From sequence record MZ375271.1: DNA of 37,825 bases; one strand, written 5' to 3'. The position numbers and the translations under genes were made by a program. The DNA is from Escherichia phage T7. How positions within the stretch are numbered: the first letter of the stretch is position 1; every line of letters begins with the position of its first letter. The notes under the pieces were generated by a model, which made no database searches, was not told where the DNA came from, and worked only from the letters and a program-made list of their open reading frames with translations. Below, piece after piece: positions 1 to 9,118 of this stretch.

Positions 1-141
1 CTCACAGTGTACGGACCTAAAGTTCCCCCATAGGGTGTACCTAAAGCCCAGCCAATCACCTAAAGTCAACCTTCGGTTGACCTTGAGGGTTCCCTAAGGG
101 TTTGTCTTTGGGTGTTACCTTGAGTGTCTCTCTGTGTCCCT
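1..141. repeat. Left terminal repeat (direct terminal redundancy); first base of the repeat lies outside the window
   Basis: Identical copy at 37608..37748; begins ctcacagtgtacgg as in T7-type genome ends. Confidence 0.8.
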
Positions 142-154
142 CTCTGTTACAGTC

Positions 155-322
155 TCCTAAAGTATCCTCCTAAAGTCACCTCCTAACGTCCATCCTAAAG
201 CCAACACCTAAAGCCAACACCTAAAGACCCATCAAGTCAACGCCTATCTTAAAGTTTAAACATAAAGACCAGACCTAAAGACCAGACCTAAAGACACTAC
301 ATAAAGACCAGACCTAAAGACG
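155..322. repeat. Array of short imperfect direct repeats (cctaaag / acctaaagac type) next to the left terminal repeat
   Basis: Reiterated cctaaag-containing units visible by eye; position matches T7 left-end repeat region involved in concatemer processing. Confidence 0.7.
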
Positions 323-368
323 CCTTGTTGTTAGCCATAAAGTGATAACCTTTAATCATTGTCTTTAT

Positions 369-391
369 TAATACAACTCACTATAGGGAGA
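369..391 (+). promoter_or_regulatory. T7 RNAP promoter phiOL
   Basis: taatacaactcactatagggaga, -17..+6, +1 at 386; -11 is A not G. Confidence 0.8.
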
Positions 392-442
392 GACAACTTA
401 AAGAGACTTAAAAGATTAATTTAAAATTTATCAAAAAGAGTA

Positions 443-479
443 TTGACTTAAAGTCTAACCTATAGGATACTTACAGCCA
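443..479 (+). promoter_or_regulatory. E. coli sigma70 early promoter A1
   Basis: -35 ttgact 443..448, 17-nt spacer, -10 gatact 466..471, start near 479. Confidence 0.85.
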
Positions 480-569
480 TCGAGAGGGACACGGCGAATA
501 GCCATCCCAATCGACACCGGGGTCAACCGGATAAGTAGACAGCCTGATAAGTCGCACGAAAAACAGGTA

Positions 570-607
570 TTGACAACATGAAGTAACATGCAGTAAGATA
601 CAAATCG
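570..607 (+). promoter_or_regulatory. E. coli sigma70 early promoter A2
   Basis: -35 ttgaca 570..575, -10 taagat 594..599. Confidence 0.8.
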
Positions 608-694
608 CTAGGTAACACTAGCAGCGTCAACCGGGCGCACAGTGCCTTCTAGGTGACTTAAGCGCACCACGGCACATAAGGTGAAACAAAACGG

Positions 695-731
695 TTGACA
701 ACATGAAGTAAACACGGTACGATGTACCACA
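695..731 (+). promoter_or_regulatory. E. coli sigma70 early promoter A3
   Basis: -35 ttgaca 695..700, -10 tacgat 718..723, start near 731. Confidence 0.8.
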
Positions 732-839
732 TGAAACGACAGTGAGTCACCACACTGAAAGGTGATGCGGTCTAACGAAACCTGACCTAAGACGCTCTTT
801 AACAATCTGGTAAATAGCTCTTGAGTGCATGACTAGCGG

Positions 840-885
840 ATAACTCAAGGGTATCGCAAGGTGCCCTTTATGATATTCACTAATA
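840..885 (+). promoter_or_regulatory. RNase III processing hairpin R0.3
   Basis: aactcaagggtatcgcaaggtgccctttatga; member of the recurring ctcaagg...ggcctttatga hairpin family upstream of gene 0.3. Confidence 0.6.
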
Positions 886-905
886 ACTGCACGAGGTAAC
901 ACAAG

Positions 906-1259
906 ATGGCTATGTCTAACATGACTTACAACAACGTTTTCGACCACGCTTACGAAATGCTGAAAGAAAACATCCGTTATGATGACATCCGTGACACTGA
1001 TGACCTGCACGATGCTATTCACATGGCTGCCGATAATGCAGTTCCGCACTACTACGCTGACATCTTTAGCGTAATGGCAAGTGAGGGCATTGACCTTGAG
1101 TTCGAAGACTCTGGTCTGATGCCTGACACCAAGGACGTAATCCGCATCCTGCAAGCGCGTATCTATGAGCAATTAACGATTGACCTCTGGGAAGACGCAG
1201 AAGACTTGCTCAATGAATACTTGGAGGAAGTCGAGGAGTACGAGGAGGATGAAGAGTAA
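906..1259 (+). CDS. 0.3: Ocr anti-restriction protein (DNA mimic inhibiting type I restriction-modification), 117 aa
   Basis: ORF-track 117 aa [10 protein letters not shown]...; very acidic, C-terminal [11 protein letters not shown]; first gene after A1-A3. Confidence 0.95.
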
Positions 1260-1390
1260 TGTCTACTACCAACGTGCAATACGGTCTGACCGCTCAAACT
1301 GTACTTTTCTATAGCGACATGGGGCGGCGTGGCATAGACGAAAGGAAAAGGTTAAAGCCAAGAAACTCGCCGCACTTGAACAGGCACTAG
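1259..1390 (+). pseudogene. 0.4: Chimeric 43-codon remnant: 5' part of gene 0.4 joined to sequence from just upstream of gene 0.7 (deletion scar)
   Basis: Starts atgtctactaccaacgtgcaatacgg overlapping the 0.3 stop (taATG); reading frame runs into the 0.7 upstream region and stops at tag 1388..1390. Confidence 0.5.
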
Positions 1391-1438
1391 CCAACACACT
1401 GAACGCTATCTCATAACGAACATAAAGGACACAATGCA

Positions 1439-2518
1439 ATGAACATTACCGACATCATGAACGCTATCGACGCAATCAAAGCACTGCCAATCTGTGAACT
1501 TGACAAGCGTCAAGGTATGCTTATCGACTTACTGGTCGAGATGGTCAACAGCGAGACGTGTGATGGCGAGCTAACCGAACTAAATCAGGCACTTGAGCAT
1601 CAAGATTGGTGGACTACCTTGAAGTGTCTCACGGCTGACGCAGGGTTCAAGATGCTCGGTAATGGTCACTTCTCGGCTGCTTATAGTCACCCGCTGCTAC
1701 CTAACAGAGTGATTAAGGTGGGCTTTAAGAAAGAGGATTCAGGCGCAGCCTATACCGCATTCTGCCGCATGTATCAGGGTCGTCCTGGTATCCCTAACGT
1801 CTACGATGTACAGCGCCACGCTGGATGCTATACGGTGGTACTTGACGCACTTAAGGATTGCGAGCGTTTCAACAATGATGCCCATTATAAATACGCTGAG
1901 ATTGCAAGCGACATCATTGATTGCAATTCGGATGAGCATGATGAGTTAACTGGATGGGATGGTGAGTTTGTTGAAACTTGTAAACTAATCCGCAAGTTCT
2001 TTGAGGGCATCGCCTCATTCGACATGCATAGCGGGAACATCATGTTCTCAAATGGAGACGTACCATACATCACCGACCCGGTATCATTCTCGCAGAAGAA
2101 AGACGGTGGCGCATTCAGCATCGACCCTGAGGAACTCATCAAGGAAGTCGAGGAAGTCGCACGACAGAAAGAAATTGACCGCGCTAAGGCCCGTAAAGAA
2201 CGTCACGAGGGGCGCTTAGAGGCACGCAGATTCAAACGTCGCAACCGCAAGGCACGTAAAGCACACAAAGCTAAGCGCGAAAGAATGCTTGCTGCGTGGC
2301 GATGGGCTGAACGTCAAGAACGGCGTAACCATGAGGTAGCTGTAGATGTACTAGGAAGAACCAATAACGCTATGCTCTGGGTCAACATGTTCTCTGGGGA
2401 CTTTAAGGCGCTTGAGGAACGAATCGCGCTGCACTGGCGTAATGCTGACCGGATGGCTATCGCTAATGGTCTTACGCTCAACATTGATAAGCAACTTGAC
2501 GCAATGTTAATGGGCTGA
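1439..2518 (+). CDS. 0.7: Gene 0.7 serine/threonine protein kinase / host transcription shut-off, 359 aa
   Basis: ORF-track 359 aa [14 protein letters not shown]...; basic Arg/Lys-rich segment followed by C-terminal domain. Confidence 0.93.
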
Positions 2519-2521
2519 TAG

Positions 2522-2580
2522 TCTTATCTTACAGGTCATCTGCGGGTGGCCTGAATAGGTACGATTTACTAACTGGAAGA
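2522..2580 (+). promoter_or_regulatory. RNase III processing hairpin R1 upstream of gene 1
   Basis: acaggtcatctgcgggtggcctgaataggtacgattt hairpin between 0.7 stop and gene 1 start. Confidence 0.55.
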
Positions 2581-2588
2581 GGCACTAA

Positions 2589-5240
2589 ATGAACACGATT
2601 AACATCGCTAAGAACGACTTCTCTGACATCGAACTGGCTGCTATCCCGTTCAACACTCTGGCTGACCATTACGGTGAGCGTTTAGCTCGCGAACAGTTGG
2701 CCCTTGAGCATGAGTCTTACGAGATGGGTGAAGCACGCTTCCGCAAGATGTTTGAGCGTCAACTTAAAGCTGGTGAGGTTGCGGATAACGCTGCCGCCAA
2801 GCCTCTCATCACTACCCTACTCCCTAAGATGATTGCACGCATCAACGACTGGTTTGAGGAAGTGAAAGCTAAGCGCGGCAAGCGCCCGACAGCCTTCCAG
2901 TTCCTGCAAGAAATCAAGCCGGAAGCCGTAGCGTACATCACCATTAAGACCACTCTGGCTTGCCTAACCAGTGCTGACAATACAACCGTTCAGGCTGCAG
3001 CAAGCGCAATCGGTCGGGCCATTGAGGACGAGGCTCGCTTCGGTCGTATCCGTGACCTTGAAGCTAAGCACTTCAAGAAAAACGTTGAGGAACAACTCAA
3101 CAAGCGCGTAGGGCACGTCTACAAGAAAGCATTTATGCGAGTTGTCGAGGCTGACATGCTCTCTAAGGGTCTACTCGGTGGCGAGGCGTGGTCTTCGTGG
3201 CATAAGGAAGACTCTATTCATGTAGGAGTACGCTGCATCGAGATGCTCATTGAGTCAACCGGAATGGTTAGCTTACACCGCCAAAATGCTGGCGTAGTAG
3301 GTCAAGACTCTGAGACTATCGAACTCGCACCTGAATACGCTGAGGCTATCGCAACCCGTGCAGGTGCGCTGGCTGGCATCTCTCCGATGTTCCAACCTTG
3401 CGTAGTTCCTCCTAAGCCGTGGACTGGCATTACTGGTGGTGGCTATTGGGCTAACGGTCGTCGTCCTCTGGCGCTGGTGCGTACTCACAGTAAGAAAGCA
3501 CTGATGCGCTACGAAGACGTTTACATGCCTGAGGTGTACAAAGCGATTAACATTGCGCAAAACACCGCATGGAAAATCAACAAGAAAGTCCTAGCGGCCG
3601 CCAACGTAATCACCAAGTGGAAGCATTGTCCGGTCGAGGACATCCCTGCGATTGAGCGTGAAGAACTCCCGATGAAACCGGAAGACATCGACATGAATCC
3701 TGAGGCTCTCACCGCGTGGAAACGTGCTGCCGCTGCTGTGTACCGCAAGGACAAGGCTCGCAAGTCTCGCCGTATCAGCCTTGAGTTCATGCTTGAGCAA
3801 GCCAATAAGTTTGCTAACCATAAGGCCATCTGGTTCCCTTACAACATGGACTGGCGCGGTCGTGTTTACGCTGTGTCAATGTTCAACCCGCAAGGTAACG
3901 ATATGACCAAAGGACTGCTTACGCTGGCGAAAGGTAAACCAATCGGTAAGGAAGGTTACTACTGGCTGAAAATCCACGGTGCAAACTGTGCGGGTGTCGA
4001 TAAGGTTCCGTTCCCTGAGCGCATCAAGTTCATTGAGGAAAACCACGAGAACATCATGGCTTGCGCTAAGTCTCCACTGGAGAACACTTGGTGGGCTGAG
4101 CAAGATTCTCCGTTCTGCTTCCTTGCGTTCTGCTTTGAGTACGCTGGGGTACAGCACCACGGCCTGAGCTATAACTGCTCCCTTCCGCTGGCGTTTGACG
4201 GGTCTTGCTCTGGCATCCAGCACTTCTCCGCGATGCTCCGAGATGAGGTAGGTGGTCGCGCGGTTAACTTGCTTCCTAGTGAAACCGTTCAGGACATCTA
4301 CGGGATTGTTGCTAAGAAAGTCAACGAGATTCTACAAGCAGACGCAATCAATGGGACCGATAACGAAGTAGTTACCGTGACCGATGAGAACACTGGTGAA
4401 ATCTCTGAGAAAGTCAAGCTGGGCACTAAGGCACTGGCTGGTCAATGGCTGGCTTACGGTGTTACTCGCAGTGTGACTAAGCGTTCAGTCATGACGCTGG
4501 CTTACGGGTCCAAAGAGTTCGGCTTCCGTCAACAAGTGCTGGAAGATACCATTCAGCCAGCTATTGATTCCGGCAAGGGTCTGATGTTCACTCAGCCGAA
4601 TCAGGCTGCTGGATACATGGCTAAGCTGATTTGGGAATCTGTGAGCGTGACGGTGGTAGCTGCGGTTGAAGCAATGAACTGGCTTAAGTCTGCTGCTAAG
4701 CTGCTGGCTGCTGAGGTCAAAGATAAGAAGACTGGAGAGATTCTTCGCAAGCGTTGCGCTGTGCATTGGGTAACTCCTGATGGTTTCCCTGTGTGGCAGG
4801 AATACAAGAAGCCTATTCAGACGCGCTTGAACCTGATGTTCCTCGGTCAGTTCCGCTTACAGCCTACCATTAACACCAACAAAGATAGCGAGATTGATGC
4901 ACACAAACAGGAGTCTGGTATCGCTCCTAACTTTGTACACAGCCAAGACGGTAGCCACCTTCGTAAGACTGTAGTGTGGGCACACGAGAAGTACGGAATC
5001 GAATCTTTTGCACTGATTCACGACTCCTTCGGTACCATTCCGGCTGACGCTGCGAACCTGTTCAAAGCAGTGCGCGAAACTATGGTTGACACATATGAGT
5101 CTTGTGATGTACTGGCTGATTTCTACGACCAGTTCGCTGACCAGTTGCACGAGTCTCAATTGGACAAAATGCCAGCACTTCCGGCTAAAGGTAACTTGAA
5201 CCTCCGTGACATCTTAGAGTCGGACTTCGCGTTCGCGTAA
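2589..5240 (+). CDS. 1: T7 RNA polymerase (single-subunit DNA-directed RNA polymerase), 883 aa
   Basis: ORF-track 883 aa MNTINIAKNDFSDIELAAIPFNTLADHYGERLAREQL...ending FAFA; recognised sequence. Confidence 0.98.
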   Translation: MNTINIAKNDFSDIELAAIPFNTLADHYGERLAREQLALEHESYEMGEARFRKMFERQLKAGEVADNAAAKPLITTLLPKMIARINDWFEEVKAKRGKRPTAFQFLQEIKPEAVAYITIKTTLACLTSADNTTVQAAASAIGRAIEDEARFGRIRDLEAKHFKKNVEEQLNKRVGHVYKKAFMRVVEADMLSKGLLGGEAWSSWHKEDSIHVGVRCIEMLIESTGMVSLHRQNAGVVGQDSETIELAPEYAEAIATRAGALAGISPMFQPCVVPPKPWTGITGGGYWANGRRPLALVRTHSKKALMRYEDVYMPEVYKAINIAQNTAWKINKKVLAAANVITKWKHCPVEDIPAIEREELPMKPEDIDMNPEALTAWKRAAAAVYRKDKARKSRRISLEFMLEQANKFANHKAIWFPYNMDWRGRVYAVSMFNPQGNDMTKGLLTLAKGKPIGKEGYYWLKIHGANCAGVDKVPFPERIKFIEENHENIMACAKSPLENTWWAEQDSPFCFLAFCFEYAGVQHHGLSYNCSLPLAFDGSCSGIQHFSAMLRDEVGGRAVNLLPSETVQDIYGIVAKKVNEILQADAINGTDNEVVTVTDENTGEISEKVKLGTKALAGQWLAYGVTRSVTKRSVMTLAYGSKEFGFRQQVLEDTIQPAIDSGKGLMFTQPNQAAGYMAKLIWESVSVTVVAAVEAMNWLKSAAKLLAAEVKDKKTGEILRKRCAVHWVTPDGFPVWQEYKKPIQTRLNLMFLGQFRLQPTINTNKDSEIDAHKQESGIAPNFVHSQDGSHLRKTVVWAHEKYGIESFALIHDSFGTIPADAANLFKAVRETMVDTYESCDVLADFYDQFADQLHESQLDKMPALPAKGNLNLRDILESDFAFA

Positions 5241-5248
5241 CGCCAAAT

Positions 5249-5271
5249 CAATACGACTCACTATAGAGGGA
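5249..5271 (+). promoter_or_regulatory. T7 RNAP promoter phi1.1A
   Basis: caatacgactcactatagaggga, +1 at 5266. Confidence 0.85.
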
Positions 5272-5322
5272 CAAACTCAAGGTCATTCGCAAGAGTGGCC
5301 TTTATGATTGACCTTCTTCCGG
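5268..5322 (+). promoter_or_regulatory. RNase III processing hairpin R1.1
   Basis: aactcaaggtcattcgcaagagtggcctttatgattgaccttc; classic R1.1 substrate sequence. Confidence 0.75.
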
Positions 5323-5323
5323 T

Positions 5324-5346
5324 TAATACGACTCACTATAGGAGAA
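5324..5346 (+). promoter_or_regulatory. T7 RNAP promoter phi1.1B
   Basis: taatacgactcactataggagaa, +1 at 5341. Confidence 0.85.
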
Positions 5347-5424
5347 CCTTAAGGTTTAACTTTAAGACCCTTAAGTGTTAATTAGAGATTTAAATTAAAG
5401 AATTACTAAGAGAGGACTTTAAGT

Positions 5425-5553
5425 ATGCGTAACTTCGAAAAGATGACCAAACGTTCTAACCGTAATGCTCGTGACTTCGAGGCAACCAAAGGTCGCAAGT
5501 TGAATAAGACTAAGCGTGACCGCTCTCACAAGCGTAGCTGGGAGGGTCAGTAA
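5425..5553 (+). CDS. 1.1: Gene 1.1 small basic protein, 42 aa
   Basis: ATG 5425 after RBS agaggac; MRNFEKMTKRSNRNARDFEATKGRKLNKTKRDRSHKRSWEGQ; stop taa 5551..5553. Confidence 0.8.
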   Translation: MRNFEKMTKRSNRNARDFEATKGRKLNKTKRDRSHKRSWEGQ

Positions 5554-5554
5554 G

Positions 5555-5812
5555 ATGGGACGTTTATATAGTGGTAATCTGGCAGCATTCAAGGCAGCAA
5601 CAAACAAGCTGTTCCAGTTAGACTTAGCGGTCATTTATGATGACTGGTATGATGCCTATACAAGAAAAGATTGCATACGGTTACGTATTGAGGACAGGAG
5701 TGGAAACCTGATTGATACTAGCACCTTCTACCACCACGACGAGGACGTTCTGTTCAATATGTGTACTGATTGGTTGAACCATATGTATGACCAGTTGAAG
5801 GACTGGAAGTAA
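5555..5812 (+). CDS. 1.2: Gene 1.2 inhibitor of host dGTP triphosphohydrolase, 85 aa
   Basis: MGRLYSGNLAAFKAATNKLF...; in-frame part of ORF-track 5516..5812. Confidence 0.85.
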   Translation: MGRLYSGNLAAFKAATNKLFQLDLAVIYDDWYDAYTRKDCIRLRIEDRSGNLIDTSTFYHHDEDVLFNMCTDWLNHMYDQLKDWK

Positions 5813-5832
5813 TACGACTCAGTATAGGGACA
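5810..5832 (+). promoter_or_regulatory. T7 RNAP promoter phi1.3
   Basis: taatacgactcagtatagggaca, +1 at 5827; G at -5. Confidence 0.85.
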
Positions 5833-5878
5833 ATGCTTAAGGTCGCTCTCTAGGAGTGGCCTTAGTCATTTAACCAAT
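5830..5878 (+). promoter_or_regulatory. RNase III processing hairpin R1.3
   Basis: caatgcttaaggtcgctctctaggagtggccttagtcatttaacc. Confidence 0.6.
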
Positions 5879-5892
5879 AGGAGATAAACATT

Positions 5893-6972
5893 ATGATGAA
5901 CATTAAGACTAACCCGTTTAAAGCCGTGTCTTTCGTAGAGTCTGCCATTAAGAAGGCTCTGGATAACGCTGGATATCTTATCGCTGAAATCAAGTACGAT
6001 GGTGTACGCGGGAACATCTGCGTAGACAATACTGCTAACAGTTACTGGCTCTCTCGTGTATCTAAAACGATTCCGGCACTGGAGCACTTAAACGGGTTTG
6101 ATGTTCGCTGGAAGCGTCTACTGAACGATGACCGTTGCTTCTACAAAGATGGCTTTATGCTTGATGGGGAACTCATGGTCAAGGGCGTAGACTTTAACAC
6201 AGGGTCCGGCCTACTGCGTACCAAATGGACTGACACGAAGAACCAAGAGTTCCATGAAGAGTTATTCGTTGAACCAATCCGTAAGAAAGATAAAGTTCCC
6301 TTTAAGCTGCACACTGGACACCTTCACATAAAACTGTACGCTATCCTCCCGCTGCACATCGTGGAGTCTGGAGAAGACTGTGATGTCATGACGTTGCTCA
6401 TGCAGGAACACGTTAAGAACATGCTGCCTCTGCTACAGGAATACTTCCCTGAAATCGAATGGCAAGCGGCTGAATCTTACGAGGTCTACGATATGGTAGA
6501 ACTACAGCAACTGTACGAGCAGAAGCGAGCAGAAGGCCATGAGGGTCTCATTGTGAAAGACCCGATGTGTATCTATAAGCGCGGTAAGAAATCTGGCTGG
6601 TGGAAAATGAAACCTGAGAACGAAGCTGACGGTATCATTCAGGGTCTGGTATGGGGTACAAAAGGTCTGGCTAATGAAGGTAAAGTGATTGGTTTTGAGG
6701 TGCTTCTTGAGAGTGGTCGTTTAGTTAACGCCACGAATATCTCTCGCGCCTTAATGGATGAGTTCACTGAGACAGTAAAAGAGGCCACCCTAAGTCAATG
6801 GGGATTCTTTAGCCCATACGGTATTGGCGACAACGATGCTTGTACTATTAACCCTTACGATGGCTGGGCGTGTCAAATTAGCTACATGGAGGAAACACCT
6901 GATGGCTCTTTGCGGCACCCATCGTTCGTAATGTTCCGTGGCACCGAGGACAACCCTCAAGAGAAAATGTAA
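5893..6972 (+). CDS. 1.3: ATP-dependent DNA ligase, 359 aa
   Basis: ORF-track 359 aa; adenylation motif EIKYDGVRG visible. Confidence 0.95.
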   Translation: MMNIKTNPFKAVSFVESAIKKALDNAGYLIAEIKYDGVRGNICVDNTANSYWLSRVSKTIPALEHLNGFDVRWKRLLNDDRCFYKDGFMLDGELMVKGVDFNTGSGLLRTKWTDTKNQEFHEELFVEPIRKKDKVPFKLHTGHLHIKLYAILPLHIVESGEDCDVMTLLMQEHVKNMLPLLQEYFPEIEWQAAESYEVYDMVELQQLYEQKRAEGHEGLIVKDPMCIYKRGKKSGWWKMKPENEADGIIQGLVWGTKGLANEGKVIGFEVLLESGRLVNATNISRALMDEFTETVKEATLSQWGFFSPYGIGDNDACTINPYDGWACQISYMEETPDGSLRHPSFVMFRGTEDNPQEKM

Positions 6973-6979
6973 TCACACT

Positions 6980-7011
6980 GGCTCACCTTCGGGTGGGCCT
7001 TTCTGCGTTTA
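6980..7011 (+). terminator. Early (host RNAP) rho-independent terminator TE
   Basis: GC stem ggctcacc-ttcg-ggtgggcc followed by tttctgcgtttat. Confidence 0.85.
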
Positions 7012-7022
7012 TAAGGAGACAC

Positions 7023-7045
7023 TTTTACGACTCACTAAAGGAGGT
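7023..7045 (+). promoter_or_regulatory. T7 RNAP promoter phi1.5 with non-consensus -17..-15 (ttt instead of taa)
   Basis: ttttacgactcactaaaggaggt, +1 at 7040; -14..+6 match class II promoters. Confidence 0.75.
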
Positions 7046-7052
7046 ACACACC

Positions 7053-7142
7053 ATGATGTACTTAATGCCATTACTCATCGTCATTGTAGGATGCCTTGCG
7101 CTCCACTGTAGCGATGATGATATGCCAGATGGTCACGCTTAA
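7053..7142 (+). CDS. 1.5: Gene 1.5 small protein, 29 aa
   Basis: ATG 7053 after RBS aggaggt; MMYLMPLLIVIVGCLALHCSDDDMPDGHA. Confidence 0.6.
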   Translation: MMYLMPLLIVIVGCLALHCSDDDMPDGHA

Positions 7143-7162
7143 TACGACTCACTAAAGGAGAC
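7140..7162 (+). promoter_or_regulatory. T7 RNAP promoter phi1.6
   Basis: taatacgactcactaaaggagac, +1 at 7157. Confidence 0.85.
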
Positions 7163-7167
7163 ACTAT

Positions 7168-7428
7168 ATGTTTCGACTTCATTACAACAAAAGCGTTAAG
7201 AATTTCACGGTTCGCCGTGCTGACCGTTCAATCGTATGTGCGAGCGAGCGCCGAGCTAAGATACCTCTTATTGGTAACACAGTTCCTTTGGCACCGAGCG
7301 TCCACATCATTATCACCCGTGGTGACTTTGAGAAAGCAATAGACAAGAAACGTCCGGTTCTTAGTGTGGCAGTGACCCGCTTCCCGTTCGTCCGTCTGTT
7401 ACTCAAACGAATCAAGGAGGTGTTCTGA
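7168..7428 (+). CDS. 1.6: Gene 1.6 protein, 86 aa
   Basis: ORF-track 86 aa [17 protein letters not shown]... Confidence 0.8.
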
Positions 7429-8010
7429 TGGGACTGTTAGATGGTGAAGCCTGGGAAAAAGAAAACCCGCCAGTACAAGCAACTGGGTGTATAGCTTGCT
7501 TAGAGAAAGATGACCGTTATCCACACACCTGTAACAAAGGAGCTAACGATATGACCGAACGTGAACAAGAGATGATCATTAAGTTGATAGACAATAATGA
7601 AGGTCGCCCAGATGATTTGAATGGCTGCGGTATTCTCTGCTCCAATGTCCCTTGCCACCTCTGCCCCGCAAATAACGATCAAAAGATAACCTTAGGTGAA
7701 ATCCGAGCGATGGACCCACGTAAACCACATCTGAATAAACCTGAGGTAACTCCTACAGATGACCAGCCTTCCGCTGAGACAATCGAAGGTGTCACTAAGC
7801 CTTCCCACTACATGCTGTTTGACGACATTGAGGCTATCGAAGTGATTGCTCGTTCAATGACCGTTGAGCAGTTCAAGGGATACTGCTTCGGTAACATCTT
7901 AAAGTACAGACTACGTGCTGGTAAGAAGTCAGAGTTAGCGTACTTAGAGAAAGACCTAGCGAAAGCAGACTTCTATAAAGAACTCTTTGAGAAACATAAG
8001 GATAAATGTT

Positions 8011-8018
<8 letters not shown>
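7428..8018 (+). CDS. 1.7: Gene 1.7 nucleotide kinase, 196 aa
   Basis: ORF-track 196 aa [13 protein letters not shown]...; start overlaps 1.6 stop (tgATG). Confidence 0.8.
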
Positions 8019-8351
<333 letters not shown>

Positions 8352-8354
<3 letters not shown>

Positions 8355-8374
8355 TACGACTCACTATTAGGGAA
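8352..8374 (+). promoter_or_regulatory. T7 RNAP promoter phi2.5 (A-initiating)
   Basis: taatacgactcactattagggaa, +1 A at 8369. Confidence 0.85.
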
Positions 8375-8419
8375 GACTCCCTCTGAGAAACCAAACGAAA
8401 CCTAAAGGAGATTAACATT

Positions 8420-9118
8420 ATGGCTAAGAAGATTTTCACCTCTGCGCTGGGTACCGCTGAACCTTACGCTTACATCGCCAAGCCGGACTACGGCAACGAA
8501 GAGCGTGGCTTTGGGAACCCTCGTGGTGTCTATAAAGTTGACCTGACTATTCCCAACAAAGACCCGCGCTGCCAGCGTATGGTCGATGAAATCGTGAAGT
8601 GTCACGAAGAGGCTTATGCTGCTGCCGTTGAGGAATACGAAGCTAATCCACCTGCTGTAGCTCGTGGTAAGAAACCGCTGAAACCGTATGAGGGTGACAT
8701 GCCGTTCTTCGATAACGGTGACGGTACGACTACCTTTAAGTTCAAATGCTACGCGTCTTTCCAAGACAAGAAGACCAAAGAGACCAAGCACATCAATCTG
8801 GTTGTGGTTGACTCAAAAGGTAAGAAGATGGAAGACGTTCCGATTATCGGTGGTGGCTCTAAGCTGAAAGTTAAATATTCTCTGGTTCCATACAAGTGGA
8901 ACACTGCTGTAGGTGCGAGCGTTAAGCTGCAACTGGAATCCGTGATGCTGGTCGAACTGGCTACCTTTGGTGGCGGTGAAGACGATTGGGCTGACGAAGT
9001 TGAAGAGAACGGCTATGTTGCCTCTGGTTCTGCCAAAGCGAGCAAACCACGCGACGAAGAAAGCTGGGACGAAGACGACGAAGAGTCCGAGGAAGCAGAC
9101 GAAGACGGAGACTTCTAA
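8420..9118 (+). CDS. 2.5: Single-stranded DNA-binding protein gp2.5, 232 aa
   Basis: ORF-track 232 aa MAKKIFTSALGTAEPYAYIAKPDYG...; acidic C-terminal tail DEDDEESEEADEDGDF. Confidence 0.95.
   Translation: MAKKIFTSALGTAEPYAYIAKPDYGNEERGFGNPRGVYKVDLTIPNKDPRCQRMVDEIVKCHEEAYAAAVEEYEANPPAVARGKKPLKPYEGDMPFFDNGDGTTTFKFKCYASFQDKKTKETKHINLVVVDSKGKKMEDVPIIGGGSKLKVKYSLVPYKWNTAVGASVKLQLESVMLVELATFGGGEDDWADEVEENGYVASGSAKASKPRDEESWDEDDEESEEADEDGDF

Larger units (their letters stand above)
5249..5410. other. Probable primary replication origin region (tandem phi1.1A/phi1.1B promoters followed by AT-rich stretch)
   Basis: Two phage promoters 75 nt apart then AT-rich ttaattagagatttaaattaaagaattactaag; matches position of T7 primary origin by established knowledge. 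Confidence 0.5.

Noticed and set aside
155-322. Short regularly recurring cctaaag-type repeats at both genome ends as a possible CRISPR array
   Set aside because: Units are about 7-10 nt with irregular short spacers, no 25-40 nt repeat-spacer periodicity and no cas genes; they are the known T7 terminal-region repeats.
2589-5240. Possible amino-acid substitution(s) in T7 RNA polymerase relative to the reference
   Set aside because: My recall of the reference protein at single-residue resolution is not reliable; needs alignment before any substitution is claimed.
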